DNA of 64,000 bases, from positions 483 to 64,482 of the forward strand of contig JBARIA010000067.1 of assembly GCA_049799515.1 (NCBI GenBank), in the 5' to 3' direction. This document shows, in pieces, positions 31,335 to 40,908 of this stretch. Source of the DNA: Candidatus Dormiibacterota bacterium (GTDB lineage Bacteria; Chloroflexota; Dormibacteria; Aeolococcales; Bog-877). Both the position numbers and the translations under genes were made by a program. The stretch's first letter is position 1, and every line of letters begins with the position of its first letter. The notes beneath the pieces are model-generated. The model saw only the letters and a list, made by a program, of their open reading frames with translations, was not told where the DNA came from and made no database searches.

Positions 31335-32594
31335 TCAGCGGTACGGCAGAGGGAAGGCCTCACACAGGACTCGGGCCCGAGCCGCCACCTCCCGCTCCAC
31401 CTCGGCGTCCCCGAGATTGTGGATGGTCCGGGAGATCATCGAGGCGATTTCGTCCATCTGCGCCAGCCCCATCCCTCTTGTGGTTACGGCGGGGGACCCG
31501 AGCCGGATGCCACTGGGGTTGAACTTGCTGGCCTCATCGAAGGGGATCGAGTTGCGGTTGACGGTGATCCCGGCCCGGTCGAAGACCTCCTGCACCTGTT
31601 TGCCGGTGAGCCCGAGCGGGCGGAGATCGATCAGCATCAGGTGGTTGTCGGTGCCGCCACTTACCAGCCGAAGTCCCGATCCGAGCAGACCCGCGGCCAG
31701 CCGCTGGGCGTTGGCCACCACCCGCTGGGCGTAGCCCTCCATTTCCGGCTGAGCCCAGGCCCTGAGGGCGGCCGCCTTGCCCGCGATGGCGTGCATCAAC
31801 GGGCCGCCCTGGACCCCGGGAAAGACCGCCTTGTCGATCGCCTTGGCGTGCGCCTCCGGGGAGAGGATCATCCCGCCCCAGGGCCCCCGCAAGGTCTTGT
31901 GAGTGGTCAGGGTGACCACGTCCGCGTACGGCACAGGGCTGGGGTGGGCGCCACCAGCGACCAGGCCCGCGAAGTGGGCCATGTCAACCAGCAGGATGGC
32001 GCCCACCTCGTGAGCGATCTCGGCCAGCTGGGGAAAGTCGAAGATCCGGGGATAGGCGCTGGCCCCGGCCACCAGGACCTTGGGCCTGACATCCTGGGCC
32101 CGGCGGCGGATCTCCTCGTAGTCGAGCTGCTCGGTCTCTCGGCTGACCCCGTAGGTCTCAGCGTGGTACACGATGCCACTGAAGCTGACCGGCGATCCGT
32201 GGGTGAGATGACCACCATGGCTCAGGTCCAAACCCAAGATGGTGTCCCCCGGCTGGCAGAACGCCATGTAGGCGGCCATGTTGGCAGAGCTGCCGCAGTG
32301 AGGCTGGACGTTGGCGTGCTCCGCCCCGAACAGCTCGCAGGCCCTCTCCTGGGCCAGGATCTCGATCTGGTCCACGAATTGGCAGCCGCCGTAGTAGCGC
32401 TTTCCCGGGGTCCCCTCGGCGTATTTGTTGGTGAGCCAGGATCCCACCGCCTCCAGGACGGCAGGGCTGGCCACGTTCTCTGAGGGGATCAGCTCAAGGG
32501 TGTACTGCTGGCGATCCAGCTCCGCCTCCAGGAGCGAGGCGAGCTCGGGATCCGCCTGGTGCAGGGCGCTGAGCCTCTGTTCTGCAATCGCCAT
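31335..32594 (-). CDS. glyA: serine hydroxymethyltransferase
   Basis: Start at ATG 32594 (MAIAEQRLSAL), 1 nt after the upstream stop. PLP site TTHKTLRGP. The first 105 codons of the track ORF are spurious. Confidence 0.96.
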   Translation of the reverse strand: MAIAEQRLSALHQADPELASLLEAELDRQQYTLELIPSENVASPAVLEAVGSWLTNKYAEGTPGKRYYGGCQFVDQIEILAQERACELFGAEHANVQPHCGSSANMAAYMAFCQPGDTILGLDLSHGGHLTHGSPVSFSGIVYHAETYGVSRETEQLDYEEIRRRAQDVRPKVLVAGASAYPRIFDFPQLAEIAHEVGAILLVDMAHFAGLVAGGAHPSPVPYADVVTLTTHKTLRGPWGGMILSPEAHAKAIDKAVFPGVQGGPLMHAIAGKAAALRAWAQPEMEGYAQRVVANAQRLAAGLLGSGLRLVSGGTDNHLMLIDLRPLGLTGKQVQEVFDRAGITVNRNSIPFDEASKFNPSGIRLGSPAVTTRGMGLAQMDEIASMISRTIHNLGDAEVEREVAARARVLCEAFPLPYR

Positions 32595-32595
32595 C

Positions 32596-33234
32596 TCAGT
32601 CCCTCCGAATCCCAGGGTCCTGCGCAGGCGCAGACACCCCCAACTCGCGGGCGCTGAGCCTGCCCTCGCGAAGTAGGACCGGCTGATCCCGAGTGAGGTC
32701 GAGTATAGATGAGGGTGCGCCCGCAGTCGGAGCCGGTTGGTCGCCCGCCAGCGCCCCGCTGAGGCCGGGCAATTGCGCCAGGGCAGACGCCGCGTCGGGG
32801 ACCGGAGGATGGCCGTGACGGTTGGCGCTGGTCGTGGCCAATGCCCCGGTTCCGCGCAGCAGATCGAGCACCACCGGCAGGTTGGGAATCCGCACCCCCA
32901 AAGTCCCATCCCGGCTCAACTGGTCACCAGCACCCCGGGCTGGCAGCACCAGGGTCAGAGGCCCCGGCCAGAATCGTGCGGCAAACTCATCCGCCCGATC
33001 GTCCCAGGCCACATAGCCGCCCAGATCCTCGACCGAAGCCGTCATGACGATTAGAGGCTGAGTTTCAGGCCGGTCCTTGATGCGGTAGATACCAGCCACC
33101 CCCGAGGAGGACTCTGCCGAGCAGGCCAGTCCGTAGACGGTGTCGGTGGGCAGCCCGATGACCCCTCCTTTAGATATGGCGTCCCTCGCCGCCGCCAGAC
33201 CGATCGAATTGGGCTTCCAGAGACGAGACTTCAC
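32596..33234 (-). CDS. tsaC: L-threonylcarbamoyladenylate synthase (Sua5/YrdC/YwlC family)
   Basis: 212 aa. GGVIGLPTDTVYGLAC and FWPGPLTLVL motifs. Confidence 0.88.
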   Translation of the reverse strand: MKSRLWKPNSIGLAAARDAISKGGVIGLPTDTVYGLACSAESSSGVAGIYRIKDRPETQPLIVMTASVEDLGGYVAWDDRADEFAARFWPGPLTLVLPARGAGDQLSRDGTLGVRIPNLPVVLDLLRGTGALATTSANRHGHPPVPDAASALAQLPGLSGALAGDQPAPTAGAPSSILDLTRDQPVLLREGRLSARELGVSAPAQDPGIRRD

Positions 33235-34085
33235 TTCAGGATGATCTCCAGTACCCGGTCACGGTGGGAGAGGTCCTGATGGAGAGCCGGGATGGAGTCT
33301 GGCCAGGCGGACAGGAAGATCTCCCGTACCGCCGGCAAGCGTCTCGGGTCCCCTTCCAGCAGAACTGTCGTGCCTGGTCCGACACAGCTCCCCAGCGACA
33401 AGCTCAGGTCGCGGTAGGCGGCCAGTCCGTCGCTGCCGCCATCCAGCCCCAGCTTGGGTTCGAAGTCCCTGACCGTCCTGTCAAGTTCTTGCAACTCCTC
33501 ACTGGTCACGTAGGGAGGGTTGCTGACGATGAGGTCGTATTGTGGCCTCCGGCGCAGCGGCTCTGCCCAAGATCCTTGGGCGACTGTGACCCGGTCCCCG
33601 ACTCCCAACCGCTCGACGTTTTCCCGGGCCTGTTTGACCGCGATCTCCGAGATGTCCACGGCATCCACCGTCAGGTCGGGCCTGCCGCTCGCCAGAGCTA
33701 GCGCCAGACAACCGCTGCCGGTACCCAGGTCGGCCGCCCGCGATGGACGTCCCAAGGCACTCAGTCGAGCCAGCCCGATCTCCACCAGCTGCTCTGTCTC
33801 GGGGCGGGGGATCAGTACCCCGGTGGCGACTCCGATCGTGATTCCGTAGAACTCCCGGTTCCCTACCAGGTAGGCGGTGGGACACCCGGCCGCTCGCCTG
33901 CTGAGCAGGTCCCTGAGGAGCGTCAGCTCACCCTCGGCCAGAGGCCGCTCGAATTGCAGATAAAGGTCGATCCGCCGGATGCCCAGACCGTGGGCCAGGA
34001 GAAGCTCCGCCTCCAGCCGGGGGCGGGCAACGTGGGCCCGCTCGAGGAAGCTGGTCGCGCGCTGGAGTACTTGAAGGAGTTTCAC
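33231..34085 (-). CDS. prmC: release-factor glutamine N5-methyltransferase
   Basis: 284 aa. SAM motif DLGTGSGC and catalytic NPPY (VSNPPYV). Confidence 0.92.
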   Translation of the reverse strand: MKLLQVLQRATSFLERAHVARPRLEAELLLAHGLGIRRIDLYLQFERPLAEGELTLLRDLLSRRAAGCPTAYLVGNREFYGITIGVATGVLIPRPETEQLVEIGLARLSALGRPSRAADLGTGSGCLALALASGRPDLTVDAVDISEIAVKQARENVERLGVGDRVTVAQGSWAEPLRRRPQYDLIVSNPPYVTSEELQELDRTVRDFEPKLGLDGGSDGLAAYRDLSLSLGSCVGPGTTVLLEGDPRRLPAVREIFLSAWPDSIPALHQDLSHRDRVLEIILK

Positions 34086-34217
34086 CAGGTGCTAGCTCCT
34101 TCGAACTGACCTGGTACCCTTCGGCCGATCCATTGGAAAAGTTGACGCAAACCGTTACCGGACTGTAACTGAACGTATCGAGGGCGCGAATCAGCCCCGG
34201 GGTACGCTCCCCGCATC

Positions 34218-34697
34218 ATGACCGCCGTGGGTGAACCATCCCCTTTTCTCCGTGCCCCAGGTCGGCGCGCGTCTCGGCGGCGCGGCCAGTCGACTGTTGA
34301 GTTCGCCCTAATTCTGCCGATCGCGATCGCAATCTTGGCCCTCGCTGCCACCGGAGGCCAGATGCTCGTGTCGGCGATCAACCTGACACAGGCCGCCCGT
34401 TCTGGAGCTGTCCAGGCAATTGCCGATTACAACGGCGATCTGACCTCGCCCTCGACCGAAGCCACCGACGCTTCGACGGCCGCCGAACAGGAACTTGGGG
34501 TGACCTCCCTCACGTGTAAAGGTGATCCCTCGGGCTCATCGACGCTTCCTTGCCTCAGTGTCAGCCACATCTCAGGTACGACCTCCGGCGAGACACAGAT
34601 CAAGGTCAGGATCTGGCAAAGTATCGTCCCCTTCCTACCCCTCATCCCCTCGGTCACGGTGAGCGCCTACGCAACTGCAGGAACTGACTCAGCATGA
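34218..34697 (+). CDS. TadE-like minor (pseudo)pilin
   Basis: 159 aa. N-terminus RRRGQSTVEFALILPIAIAILALA (TadE family motif). Start position is uncertain. Confidence 0.75.
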   Translation: MTAVGEPSPFLRAPGRRASRRRGQSTVEFALILPIAIAILALAATGGQMLVSAINLTQAARSGAVQAIADYNGDLTSPSTEATDASTAAEQELGVTSLTCKGDPSGSSTLPCLSVSHISGTTSGETQIKVRIWQSIVPFLPLIPSVTVSAYATAGTDSA

Positions 34698-37102
34698 GAC
34701 TGAGGCCAGCCCCCCGTCGCCGAGGTTCGTCCCAAATGGGACGGCGGTTTGTCGATACCCAGTCGGGACAGGTGGCGGTACTGTTCGCCATCTCTTTGTT
34801 GGTGCTGGTCTTGGCCGTAGGGGTTGCCATCGATGGTGGCTTCGGTCTCCTCCAGTATCGCCAGGCTCAGAACGCCGCCGACTTCGCGTCGGAGGCAGTC
34901 GCCCAAGCTCTCTATCCCCAGTGCACCGACATCGGCGTGGCCGAGACGGGCCCAGAGCTGGTCGACATAATCAACGACATGATCTCGACCAACTCGCCGT
35001 CCACCATCACCACTACCAGTGACAATATCCCGCCCTACGGGTGGACTGGGTACTATCTCGGGGCAACGGGACAACCGATCACGGTTGCCGGCGAACCCAG
35101 TCCGCTCCCGGTTTACGAAAGCGTATCTCCCTACACGGAATACCTACCTCCGACCGGCACCTGCGGTGTCCATATCACGGTGACACCCACCTGGCCGCCC
35201 TTCGTCATGCAGATCCTCGGCGTCACCCATCTTGAGACGGCTGCCGCCGCCGCCGCGGTCAACCCGGCCAGCGACGGGGGTCCGGCAACGGCCATCGTGG
35301 CGCTGGCCGAAAACGGTCCGCACATTATTGGTGACTTCGGAGATGGCGAGTTCCAAGTCCAGGGGACGGTCTTCGACAACTCGGACGGCTGTCTGAACTC
35401 CTCCGCCTCGGAAACCCCGCCCAGTTGCAGCACCTGGGGTGCCACGAGCAACGTTGACGTAATCGATGGCAAGCAGGACGGCTCGATGTATGACTGGGGC
35501 GATTTCTACTACCCGGAAAAAACGATCAGCAACGAAAATCCGCTAGACAGTTGCTTTGCCACCGGGCAGAAGAATACCGACTCCACAGGGGCTGACCCCG
35601 AGGATTCCGGGACTCCAGCGACCTTCCCTGTGGCCAACCCAGTCCCCTACGTAGACCAGCCAATCTACGACTACACCTGCGCGGATCCGAACGGAATCCC
35701 CGCTCCAGTGAATATTTACACGGATAACGACATCGCGACTACAGGTGGGTCCGCGACGCAGCCGTCGCAGTACACCACAGCTCCAATCTCAGTTCCACCA
35801 CCAGAGCCCGCTAACGCCGGGTGTGGTGGTGAGTTGGTGATTACCGGCAAAACGGGCTCCACCGGCGTGATCTCAACTACCGGCGGCATCACCACTTACG
35901 AGCCCGGTTACTACGAATACACCCCCGTGATCACCGGGAACGCCGTATTTGACAACTGCAGTCAGGTCGACGGCGTCTCGGGTGCTGCCACTCCCGCAGC
36001 CGGCATCTACTACTTTGAGAATGGGATAGCTATCGAGCCGGTGTCCGGAGACACAGTGAGCGGCACTGCGGTTGTACTGGCAACTCAGAATCCCATTGGG
36101 AACGGCTACATCCCGTCGACGGGGACTCCCGGAAAGCCAGCCTCGAGCGACAGTTGCACGGACTCCTACTACAAGGGAGGAGCGCAAACAACCCAGAGCT
36201 ACACTGCCTGCCCCTACGACAACGGCTACTACAACGTTGGCGACGGTGAGCCCGCGATCGGACTCGGTAGCGAAGACTGCAATCAGCCCGGGGCCGATGA
36301 GACCTGCAGCGTTGGCACTGGGGATCTCGCAACCTCGTCGTACGACTGCGGTAACGGCCTGGGCAGCATTCCCGGCATCGACTGCAATCCCGACGCCACA
36401 ACTTCGAGCAACAACAATTCCGGAACGTTCACCCTCAACCCGGTGGGTAACGGTGTGGCGATCCCCTCGTCGGTGACAATTGGTTCGCAACCAGATAACT
36501 ACATGGGTCAGGGCCTCAATGACAGCCTGTACATCGGTGGTGACGGCACGACCGACATCACCGGTCCGCTTGATGGGCTTTGGACCGGGTTCGTGACTTG
36601 GCAGGAAAGCACCGTCGACGGCACCTCGGCCGACGGGACCGACACGTGCACCCCGTACGCTGATCTGGCCACCGCCCAGAGCGGAGACACCGTGTGCGCT
36701 AACGATGGCTTTGACAACCTGCTCGGCGACAGTGACAACATCACGCTGGAGGGCGTTGTCTACAACAACAGTTTCGAAGAAGGTCAGGATCCCTCCAACG
36801 AGACAATCTGGGGCGGAAACGCAGCGCTGCCCTACGCGCAGGGTGGGATGATCGATGCCGGGTTTGGCTTCGCCACGGATCCGACCTACACCACGGACGG
36901 CTTGGGATATGGAACCGGAGGGACCGGGCAGACCTGCGGTACGGGCCAGCCCGGGGCGGGAGGCACCGGCTGCGATGTTTTCATCAACGGCCTGGCCATG
37001 GTCGACATCTTCCAGACTCAGGGCGTAACCCAATTGGCCATCGGTGGGAGTGGTCTTCCAATTCCTGGACTTCAGGGCTCAGGCGCGATTCTGACGTACT
37101 GA
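34694..37102 (+). CDS. TadG-like large pilus-associated surface protein (candidate tip adhesin)
   Basis: 802 aa. N-terminus QSGQVAVLFAISLLVLVLAVGVAIDGG (TadG/Tad_N type). The remainder is Gly/Thr/Ser/Asp/Tyr-rich with 18 Cys by my count. Confidence 0.7.
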   Translation: MRLRPAPRRRGSSQMGRRFVDTQSGQVAVLFAISLLVLVLAVGVAIDGGFGLLQYRQAQNAADFASEAVAQALYPQCTDIGVAETGPELVDIINDMISTNSPSTITTTSDNIPPYGWTGYYLGATGQPITVAGEPSPLPVYESVSPYTEYLPPTGTCGVHITVTPTWPPFVMQILGVTHLETAAAAAAVNPASDGGPATAIVALAENGPHIIGDFGDGEFQVQGTVFDNSDGCLNSSASETPPSCSTWGATSNVDVIDGKQDGSMYDWGDFYYPEKTISNENPLDSCFATGQKNTDSTGADPEDSGTPATFPVANPVPYVDQPIYDYTCADPNGIPAPVNIYTDNDIATTGGSATQPSQYTTAPISVPPPEPANAGCGGELVITGKTGSTGVISTTGGITTYEPGYYEYTPVITGNAVFDNCSQVDGVSGAATPAAGIYYFENGIAIEPVSGDTVSGTAVVLATQNPIGNGYIPSTGTPGKPASSDSCTDSYYKGGAQTTQSYTACPYDNGYYNVGDGEPAIGLGSEDCNQPGADETCSVGTGDLATSSYDCGNGLGSIPGIDCNPDATTSSNNNSGTFTLNPVGNGVAIPSSVTIGSQPDNYMGQGLNDSLYIGGDGTTDITGPLDGLWTGFVTWQESTVDGTSADGTDTCTPYADLATAQSGDTVCANDGFDNLLGDSDNITLEGVVYNNSFEEGQDPSNETIWGGNAALPYAQGGMIDAGFGFATDPTYTTDGLGYGTGGTGQTCGTGQPGAGGTGCDVFINGLAMVDIFQTQGVTQLAIGGSGLPIPGLQGSGAILTY

Positions 37103-37105
37103 GAA

Positions 37106-37732
37106 GTGCTCAGAAAACAACGCGGCCAGAGCGTGGTTGAGTTTGCGCTGGTAGCGCCCATCTTCTTCGCGTTGCTCTGGGGGATAATCGCCTCCGGTAT
37201 TCTCTTTTTCCAGGCCAGCGCGGTCAACGACGCCGCCCAGGGGGCCGCCCGGGCGGCATTGGTGGAGGAGTCGTTCACAAGCGGAACGACCACCGGCAGC
37301 CCCAGCGGGCTCAGCTGCACCGCGGCTGATCCCGGAGAATCCGGTACAGACAGCGGCAATTCCCTCGGCTCTCGACCTCTCGAAACCGCCGCCCAGCAGG
37401 CTGCCAACATCGTGACCGTGGACCCCGACCCACTCTGCGAGTCGACCACCGGGGTAGCCGGATTCTGTGGAGACGTCAAGGCCGACACACTGGTACAGAC
37501 GGCGGTATCCGGGGATGCGACGATAATGCTCTGCTTGGTCCCCGCCCCGACGACGACCGCCTGCACGAATACCACCAGCAACCCCGATGCAGCTGATGCT
37601 CAGGACTGTCAGCCGTCGTACACGGTCAAGGTCTCGTACACCGTGAAGCCGCTGGCGCCCCTGCTTGGCGCCCAGTTTGTACTTACCTCCACCAGCACCC
37701 TGCAGGAGCAGGCTCCGCCCACCGGCGACTAG
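37106..37732 (+). CDS. TadE-like minor (pseudo)pilin
   Basis: 208 aa. N-terminus RGQSVVEFALVAPIFFALLWGIIASG. Confidence 0.75.
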   Translation: MLRKQRGQSVVEFALVAPIFFALLWGIIASGILFFQASAVNDAAQGAARAALVEESFTSGTTTGSPSGLSCTAADPGESGTDSGNSLGSRPLETAAQQAANIVTVDPDPLCESTTGVAGFCGDVKADTLVQTAVSGDATIMLCLVPAPTTTACTNTTSNPDAADAQDCQPSYTVKVSYTVKPLAPLLGAQFVLTSTSTLQEQAPPTGD

Positions 37733-37883
37733 CCGCGCCCACTACCGCCCGACGATCCACATCCTCTTCGACTCCTACCGGCTAACCTCGGGCAGCAAGT
37801 ACCCGCCCCAAGACAGCGTCATCGACCGAGGCGGTGGTCGGTTCCCTAAAGGATGAATCCTCTCTTGTGGTAGACATGAGGCC

Positions 37884-38756
37884 ATGCAGGTCGGAGTCGT
37901 CTTCCCCCAGACCGAAATTGGTGACAGGGCTCCATCCATCCTGGCATACGCGGCAGGAGTGGAGAACCTCGGCTTCCGCCACCTGTTGGCCTACGACCAC
38001 GTTCTTGGCGCGGACCCCGCGATACACCTGGGCTGGAAGGGACCTTACGACGTCGAGACCACCTTCCATGAGCCGCTGGTGCTGTTCGGCTACCTGGCGG
38101 CGGTGACCTCGCTGGAGCTGGTCAACGGGATCATCATCCTGCCCCAGCGCCAGACCGCCCTGGTGGCCAAGCAGGCAGCCGAGGTGGACATCCTCTCGGA
38201 AGGCAGGTTTCGGCTAGGGATTGGCCTGGGCTGGAACGCTGTCGAATACGAGGCCCTGGGAAAGTCCTTCTCCGATCGAGGGCGGAGAGTAGAGGAGCAG
38301 GTCGGTCTGCTGCGCCGGCTCTGGACTGAGAGCAGCGTCACCCACCAGGGTCCCTACGAGCGGGTGACCGGCGCAGGGCTGGCCCCGCTCCCCCGGCAAC
38401 GGCCAATCCCCATCTGGTTCGGCGCCCAGTCAGATCCCGCTTTGCGCCGCGCCGGCCGCCTGGCCGACGGCTGGTTCCCCCAGGCGTCTCCAGGCGAGGC
38501 TTTGGAGCGGGCCAGATCCCTGGTAGCGGAAGGCGCCAGGGCCGCGGGTCGAGACCCCTCGGAGCTGGGAATGGAGGGTCGGGTAAGTTGGGGCACCGGC
38601 GGTATCGAGCATCTGCTCGACCAAGTCGGGAGCTGGCGGGAAGCCGGCGCCACCCATCTCTCGCTCAACACCATGGGCGCCGGGCTGAGATCCGTGGATG
38701 ACCATCTCTCCGTTCTAGCTGAATGCGCCGCCGCCCTGGGTCTGACACGCTCCTGA
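37884..38756 (+). CDS. LLM-class (luciferase-like) F420-dependent oxidoreductase
   Basis: 290 aa. MQVGVVFPQTEIG..., EPLVLFGYLAAVT, GRFRLGIGLGWN are typical of the Rv2161c-type LLM family. Confidence 0.8.
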   Translation: MQVGVVFPQTEIGDRAPSILAYAAGVENLGFRHLLAYDHVLGADPAIHLGWKGPYDVETTFHEPLVLFGYLAAVTSLELVNGIIILPQRQTALVAKQAAEVDILSEGRFRLGIGLGWNAVEYEALGKSFSDRGRRVEEQVGLLRRLWTESSVTHQGPYERVTGAGLAPLPRQRPIPIWFGAQSDPALRRAGRLADGWFPQASPGEALERARSLVAEGARAAGRDPSELGMEGRVSWGTGGIEHLLDQVGSWREAGATHLSLNTMGAGLRSVDDHLSVLAECAAALGLTRS

Positions 38757-38789
38757 TCAATCGGCCCCGACCCGGATTCGGTCGCTGGG

Positions 38790-39668
38790 ATGCCTGAGCT
38801 TCCCGAGGTGGAGGCGCTGGTGCGCTTCCTCGCTCTGCGCACCAGAGGGAGCCGCCTGGATCGCCTGGAACTGGCCTCGTTCTCCGCACTCAAGACGGTT
38901 CAACCTCGCCTGGAGGATCTGGTGGGGCGGGACGTGCTGGGGTGGCAACGCAAGGGCAAATACCTATGTCTCGAGACGAAAGGTGCCTGGCTGGTGTTAC
39001 ATCTGGCCAGGGGCGGATGGCTCAGGTGGTACGACCACGTCCCTGAGGCGAGAGCTCGCCCGGGCCATGGCCCCCTGGCGCTGCGGGTAGGGCTCCAGTC
39101 CGGCGATGGTGACGGAGGGGGACCCGGCTTCGATCTCACAGAGGCCGGCACCGAGAAGCGCGTCTCGTTCTGGGTGGTGGACGATCCCGACCGGATCGAG
39201 GCGGTGTCCAGACTGGGCGTCGATCCGCTCGACCCGGCCTTCGACAGCGGCACCTTGGCCGAAGTGCTGAGCCGTGCTCGGGGGACCGTCAAGTCGGCGC
39301 TCACCGACCAGTCCCTGCTGGCCGGAGTAGGTAACGCCTACTCCGACGAGGTTCTCCACGCGGCCAAGCTCTCTCCGTTCAGGCCAGCTCGGCGCCTGTC
39401 AAAGTTCGAGGTGATCGAACTCCAGCGGGCCCTGGTGGAGCTGCTCCGGGCCGCGGTGGCAGAGCGGGCCGGCCTCGAGGCAGGGCAGCTGAAGAGCGAG
39501 AAGCGTTCAGCGCTCAGGGTGCACGGCCGCACCGGATCAGCCTGCCCGGCCTGCGGAGACACCATCTGTGAGGTGGCATTCGCCACGAGGTCTCTCCAGT
39601 ACTGCCCCAGTTGCCAGACTGGCGGCCGTCGTCTCGCCGACCGCCGCCTCTCCCGCCTCCTGAAGTGA
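38790..39668 (+). CDS. Fpg/Nei family DNA glycosylase/AP lyase
   Basis: N-terminal MPELPEVE, H2TH region, C-terminal zinc finger CPACG...CPSC. Confidence 0.9.
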   Translation: MPELPEVEALVRFLALRTRGSRLDRLELASFSALKTVQPRLEDLVGRDVLGWQRKGKYLCLETKGAWLVLHLARGGWLRWYDHVPEARARPGHGPLALRVGLQSGDGDGGGPGFDLTEAGTEKRVSFWVVDDPDRIEAVSRLGVDPLDPAFDSGTLAEVLSRARGTVKSALTDQSLLAGVGNAYSDEVLHAAKLSPFRPARRLSKFEVIELQRALVELLRAAVAERAGLEAGQLKSEKRSALRVHGRTGSACPACGDTICEVAFATRSLQYCPSCQTGGRRLADRRLSRLLK

Positions 39669-39699
39669 CCGGGGAGGAAGTTGGCCAGCAGGAGGCCCT

Positions 39700-40212
39700 C
39701 TACAAGCTCAGCTGCAGCAGGAGAGTGTCGACCCAGCGCCCCTGCTTGAAGCCGACCTGGCGTAGCCGCCCGACCTCCACGAACCCGGCCCCCAGGTGCA
39801 GCGCAGGCGAGGCAGCTTCACCGGAGTCGGCGATCACCGCCAGCACCTGCTTGGCTCCCCAGGCTCGTGCCGCGGCGATCAGTTCGGTCAGGAGGCGACT
39901 CCCTAGCCCCTGGCCTGTCCGCCGGGGATCGATGTAGATGGAGTCTTCCACCGTGAAGCGGTAGCCAGGCCGGGGACGCCACGGAGTCGCCAGCGCGTAG
40001 CCGACCAGCTCGGCTCCATCGATCGCGACCAGAAAGGGCAACCCCACCTGATCCAAGGCCTCCAGCCTGGCCTGCCAGTCCTCGGTGCTGGGCGCGACCA
40101 GCTCGAAGGTTGCCAGCGAGTCCCGCACATAGCCGCCGTAGAGGACGGCCACCGCTTCGCAGTCGGAAGCAGTTGCTGGTCGGATCGACACCTCCGATTC
40201 GGTGGGGCTCAT
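39700..40212 (-). CDS. GNAT family N-acetyltransferase (phosphinothricin/MddA-like)
   Basis: Start at ATG 40212 (MSPTESEVSIRPAT). Acetyl-CoA motif RRTGQGLGSRLL. Confidence 0.8.
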   Translation of the reverse strand: MSPTESEVSIRPATASDCEAVAVLYGGYVRDSLATFELVAPSTEDWQARLEALDQVGLPFLVAIDGAELVGYALATPWRPRPGYRFTVEDSIYIDPRRTGQGLGSRLLTELIAAARAWGAKQVLAVIADSGEAASPALHLGAGFVEVGRLRQVGFKQGRWVDTLLLQLSL

Positions 40213-40347
40213 CTCCAAGTTATACCGGGCGGATCGGCTGACATGGGGCGGCGTGGACTCGCCCCAACTGAGGGATCTGGATCGGTTCCGACCGCCCTGC
40301 ACCCTCCCCAGTCCCTGGCCAAGGCCACCTGCCCCCGGAGTCGACGC

Positions 40348-40878
40348 TCAGAGAGCGGGAGTTTCCAGCTCCGCCGTTTCGTCGACCGGTGCCGGCCCCA
40401 GCCATAGCTGGCGCTCGAACTCGATCTTGAAGACGATCGTGGTGCGGGTGGTCCGCACCCCGGGCAATTCCTTGATCCAGTCCACCAGCCCCAGCAGCGC
40501 TTCGGTGTCAGCGGCCCGGACCTTGAGGAGGAGGGAGAGATCTCCGGCGATGCTGTGGCATTCGTCGATCTCCGGCCGCTGGCGCAGACGGGCGGCCAGG
40601 GTGCCTCCGGTCACGTCCGCCTCCACCCCGACGAAGGCGGTCACTGGCCGGCCCACCGCTCGCGGATCCAGTTCCAGGGTCCAACCTCGGATCACTCCGT
40701 CCCGCTGGAGCCGCCGGATGTGCTCATGGACGGACGAGGGCGCCAGCCCCGCCGCCTGACCGACCCGAGCCAGGGTGGTGCGGGCATCGGCCTGGAGAGA
40801 ACGCAGGATCGCCGAATCAGTTTCGTCCAAGTAAGGGTCTGAGGAGATCTCTTCGAATTTTCTTCGCCTGGCTTGCAC
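40348..40878 (-). CDS. Lrp/AsnC family transcriptional regulator
   Basis: 176 aa. HTH LDETDSAILRSLQADARTTLARVGQAAGLAPSSVHEHIRRL plus a C-terminal RAM domain. Divergent from the EamA transporter. Confidence 0.88.
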   Translation of the reverse strand: MQARRRKFEEISSDPYLDETDSAILRSLQADARTTLARVGQAAGLAPSSVHEHIRRLQRDGVIRGWTLELDPRAVGRPVTAFVGVEADVTGGTLAARLRQRPEIDECHSIAGDLSLLLKVRAADTEALLGLVDWIKELPGVRTTRTTIVFKIEFERQLWLGPAPVDETAELETPAL

Positions 40879-40908
40879 TCATTTCTCCTGTACCTGAAGA
40901 TCAAAGCC

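Noticed and set aside
32595-32909. 105-codon N-terminal extension of the glyA track ORF. Similar 5' extensions occur for atpB, atpE, murA, the DUF192 gene, the GT2 gene, DyP, MerR, VapB and the sigma factor.
   Set aside because: The extensions overlap upstream genes. Internal starts sit at conserved protein N-termini, often with an SD sequence or stop/start coupling.
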